NCBI GenBank assembly: GCA_964549185.1 | Contig: CAZJUI010000004.1 | Location: 54,637-70,061 of the forward strand | Reading direction: 5' to 3' | DNA length: 15,425 bases | Source of the DNA: Candidatus Woesearchaeota archaeon | Lineage (GTDB): Archaea; Nanobdellota; Nanobdellia; SCGC-AAA011-G17; JAGVZF01 | Part shown: one piece after another, positions 6,657 through 12,323 of the stretch | How the letters are laid out: every line of letters starts with the position of its first letter | Numbering within the stretch: position 1 is the first letter of the stretch | Program-made: the position numbers and the translations under genes | The notes under the pieces: generated by a model | Seen by the model: only the letters and a program-made list of their open reading frames with translations | Told to the model about the DNA's origin: nothing | The model's database searches: none

Positions 6657-7409
6657 ATGCTTAAAACTAAAATAGATAAGAATGATGTTATTGATATAAT
6701 AAATAAAATAGATTCTTTGATTAATGATGGAAAATATGAGGATGCTGTTAAACTTTTTGCTGAATTGGATTTATCATTTGAAAAATTAAATGAAAGTGAT
6801 AAAAATGAATTAAGTAAAGCTTTTGAGGATGGAAAAAATTTATTATTGGTTTATTATAAAATATTTGAAGGAGAAAGTTTAATGAAATTTGGAGATATAA
6901 AAAGAATAAAAGATGTTGTTCACGATTTAGATTACATGAAAGGAGAATATAGAGAATTATTGATGGAAAAACAAAAATTGTTAGATTACTTAGAACAGAG
7001 CAGAAAATCATTTTTAGAATTTTATGATTATGCTAACTCAAGAAGAAAATTTTATGTTAAAATGATAGAATTACAAAGTTTAATTGCGGAAAACAAAATA
7101 GGAGAAGCTAAAAGATTATATAGGAAATTAATAAGAGATTATAATGTTATTATAAATTATCTTGATTATCATAAGAGAAAAGAAATTTATAATGAGCTAA
7201 TGGAAATTTATAGAGATATAACTACAAAGAATTATAAAACTGATGTTTATAAAACTGTTTTAAAACCTATTAAAATAGAAAGAAAAGAGATAAAGAAAGA
7301 AAAAATTGAGAAGATTAAACCAATATATTATGATCCTTACAGGGAAGTTAGAGATTTGATAAAAAATAATGATTTAGAAAATGCGAATAAACTATTAAAA
7401 AATCTTTAA
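6657..7409 (+). CDS. all-helical K/E-rich hypothetical protein, 250 aa, with TPR-like hairpin motifs
   Basis: Long ORF with a consensus promoter. It has recurrent motifs GKYEDAVKLFAEL, ENKIGEAKRLYRKL and NNDLENANKLLKNL. No enzymatic motif. Confidence 0.65.
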   Translation: MLKTKIDKNDVIDIINKIDSLINDGKYEDAVKLFAELDLSFEKLNESDKNELSKAFEDGKNLLLVYYKIFEGESLMKFGDIKRIKDVVHDLDYMKGEYRELLMEKQKLLDYLEQSRKSFLEFYDYANSRRKFYVKMIELQSLIAENKIGEAKRLYRKLIRDYNVIINYLDYHKRKEIYNELMEIYRDITTKNYKTDVYKTVLKPIKIERKEIKKEKIEKIKPIYYDPYREVRDLIKNNDLENANKLLKNL

Positions 7410-7420
7410 ATTTGAATTCA

Positions 7421-7433
7421 AAAGGTTTAAAAG
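7421..7433 (+). promoter_or_regulatory. BRE/TATA promoter of ftsY
   Basis: AAAGGTTTAAAAG. The TATA starts at 7426, exactly 29 nt before the ATG at 7455. This supports 7455, not the TTG at 7443, as the start. Confidence 0.6.
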
Positions 7434-7454
7434 GACTTTTTCTTGCTAAAATTT

Positions 7455-8693
7455 ATGTTTAAATTTTTAAAAGATAAGTTAAAAGGAGCTATAGAGAAAT
7501 TTACTAAAAAAGTAGAAGAAGAAGTTCCTGAGAAAGAAGTAGAGATAGTTAAAGAGGAAATTAAAGAACAGGCTAAAGAAAAACCTAAGAAAGAGGAGAA
7601 GGTTAAAGTAAAAAAAGTTAAAGAGAAAAAGCCTAAAGAAGAAAAAATAGAAGAAAAAAAAGAAGAGAAAGAAGAACCAATCATTGAAGTTAAAGAAGAG
7701 ATTAAACCAACAACTGAAACAAAAGAAGAAAAAAAGAGCTTCTTTGATATCTTTAAGAAAAAGAAAGAGGAAGTTAAAGAAGAATCTAAATTAGAAGAAA
7801 AAAAAGAAGAGAAGAAAGGATTTTTTGAACAGGTTAAAGAAAAGATAACAACTAAAGTTATTAATGAAAAACAATTTGATGAGATGTTTTGGGATTTAGA
7901 GATGGCATTATTAGAGAATAATGTTGCTGTTGAGGTTATAGAAAAAATAAAAGAAGATTTAAAGAAAGACATTACAAATAAACCAATAAAGAGAAATGAG
8001 GTTGAGAAAGAGATTACTGAAAGTTTGAAGAAATCAATAGAAGATTTATTTAATGTAAGTCCTATCGATTTGTTAAAAGAAGTTAAAGAGAAAAAAGAAA
8101 AACCTTATATTATTGTATTTGTTGGAATTAACGGCTCGGGAAAAACTACCTCGATATCTAAAATAGCTCATTTTTTACAAAAGAATAATTTAAAAGTTGT
8201 TATGGCTGCTGCTGACACTTTTCGCGCGGCATCAATTGAACAATTAGAAGAACATGGAAAAAAATTAGGAATAAAAGTTATAAAACATGATTATGGAAGT
8301 GATCCTGCTGCTGTTGCTTTTGATGCAATAAAACATGCCAAGGCTAAAAATTTAGATGTTGTTTTGATAGATACAGCCGGAAGATTACATTCAAATACTA
8401 ATTTGGTTGATGAAATGAAGAAGATTGTGAGAGTAACACACCCTGATTTAAAAATATTTGTTGGGGAAAGTATAACTGGAAATGATGCTGTAACTCAATC
8501 AGAAGAATTCAATCAGGCAATTGGAATTGACGGCATTATTTTAACTAAGAGCGATGTAGATGAGAAAGGTGGCGCTATAATCTCTGTTTCTTATGTTACA
8601 CAAAGACCCATACTTTATTTGGGAATTGGGCAAGGTTATGACGACTTAAAAGAGTTTGATAAAGAAGAAATTGTTAAAAGCTTAGGTTTATAA
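7455..8693 (+). CDS. ftsY: signal recognition particle receptor FtsY
   Basis: 412 aa from the ATG at 7455 (MFKFLKDKLKGAIEKF). It has a lysine/glutamate-rich N-terminal A-domain followed by an NG domain. GTPase motifs are G1 GINGSGKTT (8124-8150), DTAGRLH and TKSDVD, and the C-terminus is GIGQGYDDLKEFD. Confidence 0.95.
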   Translation: MFKFLKDKLKGAIEKFTKKVEEEVPEKEVEIVKEEIKEQAKEKPKKEEKVKVKKVKEKKPKEEKIEEKKEEKEEPIIEVKEEIKPTTETKEEKKSFFDIFKKKKEEVKEESKLEEKKEEKKGFFEQVKEKITTKVINEKQFDEMFWDLEMALLENNVAVEVIEKIKEDLKKDITNKPIKRNEVEKEITESLKKSIEDLFNVSPIDLLKEVKEKKEKPYIIVFVGINGSGKTTSISKIAHFLQKNNLKVVMAAADTFRAASIEQLEEHGKKLGIKVIKHDYGSDPAAVAFDAIKHAKAKNLDVVLIDTAGRLHSNTNLVDEMKKIVRVTHPDLKIFVGESITGNDAVTQSEEFNQAIGIDGIILTKSDVDEKGGAIISVSYVTQRPILYLGIGQGYDDLKEFDKEEIVKSLGL

Positions 8694-8694
8694 A

Positions 8695-8712
8695 TAAGCA
8701 ATTTAAGCAATT
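8695..8712 (+). repeat. perfect 9-bp tandem duplication (TAAGCAATT x2) between the ftsY stop and the homing endonuclease gene
   Basis: Read directly: TAAGCAATT at 8695-8703 and again at 8704-8712. Confidence 0.8.
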
Positions 8713-8723
8713 TTATCATAAAC

Positions 8724-8728
8724 GGAGG
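8724..8728 (+). promoter_or_regulatory. Shine-Dalgarno site of the LAGLIDADG gene
   Basis: GGAGG with a 10-nt spacer to the ATG at 8739. This suggests co-transcription with ftsY. A weak T/A box, TTTTATCATAAA, at 8711 could also act as a promoter. Confidence 0.5.
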
Positions 8729-8738
8729 ATATAGTTAA

Positions 8739-9437
8739 ATGAAGGGGGAAAATCAATTTACCGTTAAAGAGCCTAATCTCGAGCCTTCAGAGGAATTATC
8801 TTATTTGCTTGGTGTACTAAAAGGTGATGGATGCATTTATAAAACCACAAATAAAGGTAATAGAGATAAAGCAGATTACCTTATACAATTAGGGGTAAAA
8901 GATTTAGATTTTGCAATAGCCTTCAATGACACTTTAGAGAAAATATTCTTTAGAAAAGCAACTATAATAACTATTAAAAATGGTTCAGGAAAATTATTTA
9001 GAGTAGCCTTAAGAGTAAAATTTTTTTATAAATGGTATAAAAATCAAAAATTCAGTGAGCTATGTAAGATTGTTGAAGAATATCCAAGTGGATTTATAAG
9101 AGGTTTTTTTGATAGCGAAGGATCTATAGGTATTGCTTCTAGACATAAAGAAAACCTTTACCTTTCAATACGTTTTGCTAATTCAAATATCCAGACTTTA
9201 ACTTTTATTAAGAAATTATTAAAGAATAATTTTAATATAGAGTCAACAATAAAGAAAAGAATTGTAAATGCACGCACTATAGATGGACGTTTATGCAATT
9301 TTACTAAACCTGTTTATGTATTAGGATTCTATAGGAAGGCTTATATAGAAACATTTTTTAACGAAATAGGTACTTCAATTAAAAGAAAAAGCATGGAGGC
9401 GATTATGAATGGTAGTGGGACATTGTATGAAATGTAA
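8739..9437 (+). CDS. free-standing double-motif LAGLIDADG homing endonuclease (I-DmoI-like architecture)
   Basis: 232 aa. Motif 1 is LSYLLGVLKGDGCIY (8796-8840) and motif 2 is SGFIRGFFDSEGSIG (9087-9131). This gives a catalytic Asp in motif 1 and Glu in motif 2. As I recall the I-DmoI sequence, it has the same arrangement, including the YLLG..GDG..Y....GNR and VYVL segments. There are no Hint/intein blocks and no flanking exteins. Confidence 0.9.
   Translation: MKGENQFTVKEPNLEPSEELSYLLGVLKGDGCIYKTTNKGNRDKADYLIQLGVKDLDFAIAFNDTLEKIFFRKATIITIKNGSGKLFRVALRVKFFYKWYKNQKFSELCKIVEEYPSGFIRGFFDSEGSIGIASRHKENLYLSIRFANSNIQTLTFIKKLLKNNFNIESTIKKRIVNARTIDGRLCNFTKPVYVLGFYRKAYIETFFNEIGTSIKRKSMEAIMNGSGTLYEM
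9395..9399 (+). promoter_or_regulatory. Shine-Dalgarno site of the zinc-ribbon ORF, embedded in the endonuclease gene
   Basis: GGAGG with a 9-nt spacer to the ATG at 9409. Confidence 0.5.
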
Positions 9438-9555
9438 GGTTCAAAGAGAAATGAAGAATGAAAAAGAAGTTGTTATGAAAAATGGAATGAAAGCTATGTC
9501 CGGTGTTTGTAGCAACTGTGGAACAAAAATGTTCAAAATCATAGGTAAGAAGTAA
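9409..9555 (+). CDS. 48-aa zinc-ribbon protein (CxxC...CxxC; resembles the DUF5679-type small proteins), not in the supplied ORF track
   Basis: My translation is MVVGHCMKCKVQREMKNEKEVVMKNGMKAMSGVCSNCGTKMFKIIGKK. It has two CxxC knuckles (CMKC and CSNC) and the tail CGTKMFKI. A GGAGG SD lies upstream. Its first 29 nt overlap the 3' end of the LAGLIDADG ORF in another frame. Confidence 0.7.
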   Translation: MVVGHCMKCKVQREMKNEKEVVMKNGMKAMSGVCSNCGTKMFKIIGKK

Positions 9556-9571
9556 TTCTTCTATTCTTTTA

Positions 9572-10123
9572 TTATTCATAACCCGGAATTAAGAATCTAG
9601 ATCTTCTTACAAACCAATCTTGTTTTAAAACAGCACTTCTAATCATATCATGATAACTTTCATTATGGAAATATTCTTGACGAAGTAAACCTTCTTGTTT
9701 AAAACCTATATTTTCAGTTATATGTTTCATTTTTGAATTTGTAACATAGAAGATTGCCCAAATTTTATTTAATTGTAAATCATTAAAAGCTATTTCTAAA
9801 ACACGATTAATAGATAAAGTTGCATAACCCTTATTTTGATGTTCTTTTTTTATTATTAATCCAAGTCTACCATTTCTAGCAGGCCAATAAATATTATTAA
9901 TTCCTACTTGACCGATATATTCATGCTTTTCATTTTCTATTGAAAAAACTTTATCTGTTTCTGAAGCTAATAATCTTTCTAAGAATTGTTTTTCTTCTTC
10001 TCTTGTGATATTATGATTAAAACTTGCTAAATTTTTAGTAACTTCAGGATCATTTATCCAGATCATTACATTATCTAAGTCATCTAAAGATAATTGTCTT
10101 AAGTGAATTTTACGTTCTTTCAT
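9572..10123 (-). CDS. GNAT family N-acetyltransferase (RimJ/RimL-like)
   Basis: 183 aa. LRQLSLDDLDNVMIWINDPEV is followed by the acetyl-CoA motif HQNKGYATLSINRVLEIAF, and the C-terminus is GFKQEGLLRQEYFHNESYHDMI, typical of the RimL-like subgroup. Confidence 0.85.
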   Translation of the reverse strand: MKERKIHLRQLSLDDLDNVMIWINDPEVTKNLASFNHNITREEEKQFLERLLASETDKVFSIENEKHEYIGQVGINNIYWPARNGRLGLIIKKEHQNKGYATLSINRVLEIAFNDLQLNKIWAIFYVTNSKMKHITENIGFKQEGLLRQEYFHNESYHDMIRSAVLKQDWFVRRSRFLIPGYE

Positions 10124-10145
10124 AATTTTAAAAGAAAATCATCTA

Positions 10146-10158
10146 TTTATAAATGTTA
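10146..10158 (-). promoter_or_regulatory. BRE/TATA promoter of the GNAT gene
   Basis: Minus strand reads TAACATTTATAAA. The TATA starts at 10153, 30 nt upstream of the ATG at 10123. Confidence 0.55.
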
Positions 10159-10181
10159 CTTTTTAAAAGTGGTTAATATAG

Positions 10182-10196
10182 GAAGGTTTATAAATA
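10182..10196 (+). promoter_or_regulatory. BRE/TATA promoter of the aldehyde dehydrogenase gene
   Basis: GAAGGTTTATAAATA. The TATA starts at 10187, 42 nt before the ATG at 10229. This predicts a short leader of about 12-13 nt without an obvious SD. Confidence 0.5.
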
Positions 10197-10228
10197 GGCT
10201 ATTTGATAATTTTTATTAGAAAATCAAG

Positions 10229-11821
10229 ATGAAAACACCTACATTACAAGAAAGAATAGAAAATATTTTTCCTAAAGAATTACCAGAAAGATTTAATGAT
10301 ATTATTCCATATAAAGATGGAAATACTTATTTAATTGATGGAGAGATAAGAAGAGCTGAAAGAACTTCTCCTGTTTACTCTAGCGTTTGTCTAATGAGAG
10401 ATGGAAAACCTGAAAGAGTGCTTTTAGGAAATTATCCAATGTTAACAGGCGAAGAATCAATGAGTGCTTTAGATGCTGCTGTAAAAGCCTATGATAATGG
10501 AAATGGTGCATGGCCATCTATGACAATCAGAGATAGAATGATTGCTTTAAGTAATTTTGTTGATAGAATGAAATTACAAAGAGAAAATGTTGTTAAACTT
10601 GAAATGCTTGAAATAGGAAAAAATAAAAGAGAAACTGAAGCTGAATTTGATAGAACTGTAAGATATATTGAAGATACAATAGAAGAAATGGGTAATTTAT
10701 CAAAAAGAGAAGATGGAAATGGGACTTTAGCTTACTTAATAAGAACACCAAATGGCGTAGCATTATGTATGGGACCTTCTAATTATCCCTTAAATGAGAC
10801 ATTTACCACATTACTTCCAGCATTAGCAATGGGAAATACAGTAGTTTCTAAAAGCCCTAAAATTGGAATGTTATGTTTAACTCCTTTGTATGAAGCATTT
10901 AGAGAAAGTTTTCCTGAAGGTGCAATAAATTTTATTAATGGAGATGGAAGAGAGATAATAACTCCAATAATGCAATCTGGGAAATTAGATGTTTTTGCTT
11001 TCATAGGATCAAGCGGAGCTTTTGATAAGATATTAGAAAATTATCCAAGAATCAGAAAACTTAAGATAAATGCAGGATTAGAAGCTAAAAATCCTGGAAT
11101 TATTTTAGAAGATGCTAACCTTGAAGATACAGTAAATGAATGTGTTAAGGGAGCATTAACTTATAATGGACAAAGATGTACAGCACTTAAGATATTATAT
11201 ATTCCTATATCAAGAGCAGATGAATTTGTAGAAAGATTAAGTGATAAAGTTTCTAATTTAAGCATTGGAATGCCATGGGAAAATTCAAACATAACCCCAT
11301 TACCAGTAAATGTTGATTATTTTACTAAATTTGTATATGATGCTGTAAGCAAAGGGGCTAAAGTTGTTAATCCAGAAGGCGGAAAGATAAATGGAAGTTT
11401 CTTTTTTCCAGCTGTTTTATATCCTGTAACTCCTGATATGAATATTTATAATCAAGAGCAATTTGGACCTGTTGTTCCAGTTGCTGTTTATGATGATATA
11501 AAAGAAGTAATCGAAGCTATACAAAGATCTAGATATGGACAGCAAGTAAGTATTTTTGGCAATGATTATGAAAATGTAAGAAGAATAACAAATGAACTAA
11601 GAAATCATGTTTCTAGAATTAACTTAAATACACAATGTATGAGGGGTCCAGATAATCTTCCATTTACTGGAAGAAAAGATTCTGCTGTTGGAACATTATC
11701 AATAAGAGATGCTTTAGATTTCTTTTCTCAGCCATTTGTTGTCGGAACTAAATTTGGAATTAGAGATTCTGAGTTGTTAACTGAAACAACTAATTTTTTA
11801 GATAATTGTGATTCAGAGTAA
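10229..11821 (+). CDS. gapN: aldehyde dehydrogenase family protein, GapN-like (non-phosphorylating glyceraldehyde-3-phosphate dehydrogenase type)
   Basis: 530 aa. The catalytic Cys is in YNGQRCTALK (TGT 11177-11179). Other motifs are GPSNYPLN, FIGSSGAF and EQFGPVVP. The GapN-type C-terminal motif is LNTQCMRGPDNLPFTGRKDSAVG, compared with my recollection of S. mutans GapN (NNKTQRGTDNFPFLGAKKSGAG). Substrate specificity is inferred only. Confidence 0.8.
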   Translation: MKTPTLQERIENIFPKELPERFNDIIPYKDGNTYLIDGEIRRAERTSPVYSSVCLMRDGKPERVLLGNYPMLTGEESMSALDAAVKAYDNGNGAWPSMTIRDRMIALSNFVDRMKLQRENVVKLEMLEIGKNKRETEAEFDRTVRYIEDTIEEMGNLSKREDGNGTLAYLIRTPNGVALCMGPSNYPLNETFTTLLPALAMGNTVVSKSPKIGMLCLTPLYEAFRESFPEGAINFINGDGREIITPIMQSGKLDVFAFIGSSGAFDKILENYPRIRKLKINAGLEAKNPGIILEDANLEDTVNECVKGALTYNGQRCTALKILYIPISRADEFVERLSDKVSNLSIGMPWENSNITPLPVNVDYFTKFVYDAVSKGAKVVNPEGGKINGSFFFPAVLYPVTPDMNIYNQEQFGPVVPVAVYDDIKEVIEAIQRSRYGQQVSIFGNDYENVRRITNELRNHVSRINLNTQCMRGPDNLPFTGRKDSAVGTLSIRDALDFFSQPFVVGTKFGIRDSELLTETTNFLDNCDSE

Positions 11822-11825
11822 CAAA

Positions 11826-12188
11826 TTATCTAATTTTTTCTCCAACTTCTATTGGCGTACTACTAAAATCTGGTTTTTTTTCACATTTTGGACAATATGG
11901 AATTGTTTCGTAATAACATCTTCCTGAACCAGACATTGGAAATGGACCATCCCAGATTGGATGCGCAACCTTTGCTGCTAAGACATCTGAATTACAAGAG
12001 TTACATATATTATTGAAACTTTCTTCATCTATTTTTATTATTTTGTATATATGTTGACTTCCCCTTTTTCTCATATATTCTGTACCATCTGAACCTTTAG
12101 CAAATTCTGGAACAAAAGTAAGCCAAGGCTTTTCTTTTAATCCTTTTTCCCATTCTTCATTTACACGAAATTCTAATTTTTCATCCAT
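11826..12188 (-). CDS. cysteine-containing hypothetical protein, 120 aa (putative zinc-binding: CNSC ... C ... CPKC)
   Basis: ORF with a promoter at the -29 spacing. Cys residues are at 62, 65, 91, 99 and 102, and the motif HPIWDGPFPMSGSGRCYYETIPYCPKCE is present. No family recognised. Confidence 0.6.
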   Translation of the reverse strand: MDEKLEFRVNEEWEKGLKEKPWLTFVPEFAKGSDGTEYMRKRGSQHIYKIIKIDEESFNNICNSCNSDVLAAKVAHPIWDGPFPMSGSGRCYYETIPYCPKCEKKPDFSSTPIEVGEKIR

Positions 12189-12209
12189 AGTTATGAATTA
12201 ATTTGCTAA

Positions 12210-12222
12210 TTTATTAACATTT
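12210..12222 (-). promoter_or_regulatory. BRE/TATA promoter of ORF 11826..12188
   Basis: Minus strand reads AAATGTTAATAAA. The TATA starts at 12217, 29 nt upstream of the ATG at 12188. Confidence 0.5.
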
Positions 12223-12286
12223 AGATTTTTTAATTTGCCTTTTTATACTTATATATTTTAATGTATTATATGGCATTTTACTATAT

Positions 12287-12301
12287 AAAAACACTTATAA
12301 A
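12287..12301 (+). promoter_or_regulatory. BRE/TATA promoter of srp54
   Basis: AAAAACACTTATAAA. The box starts at 12294, 30 nt before the ATG at 12324. Confidence 0.55.
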
Positions 12302-12323
12302 TCATAAAATAAGCTAGTTCCTT

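Noticed and set aside
6748-7011. 87-aa minus-strand ORF inside gene 6657..7409
   Set aside because: It is an antisense shadow of a K/E-rich coding region with an F/L-rich product and no promoter.
7443-7454. TTG start of ftsY as given in the track
   Set aside because: The ATG at 7455 lies exactly 29 nt from the TATA box, as for the other leaderless genes. A transcript starting near 7455 would not contain the TTG.
7500-7860. Possible tandem DNA repeat or array in the AAAGAAGA-rich region
   Set aside because: I found no fixed period or spacer structure. It is compositional low complexity encoding the charged FtsY A-domain, not a repeat array or CRISPR.
7427-7972. 181-aa Ser/Phe-rich minus-strand ORF
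   Set aside because: It is the mirror image of the Lys/Glu-rich (AAA/GAA) A-domain of ftsY. The S/F-rich low-complexity product is the expected artefact.
9547-9558. AAGTAATT at the zinc-ribbon stop as a possible right-hand direct repeat matching TAAGCAATT at 8695-8712, which would delimit an endonuclease plus zinc-ribbon cassette
   Set aside because: It is only an 8-mer with one mismatch in a very AT-rich genome, so it is not distinguishable from chance.
9572-10123. GNAT acetyltransferase as the toxin of a GNAT/antitoxin pair
   Set aside because: The protein has RimJ/RimL-like features, and no small RHH or HTH antitoxin gene is adjacent or co-oriented. The neighbouring small ORF is convergent and is a zinc ribbon.
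10783-11004. 73-aa minus-strand ORF inside the aldehyde dehydrogenase gene
   Set aside because: It is an antisense shadow ORF within a confidently identified conserved gene.
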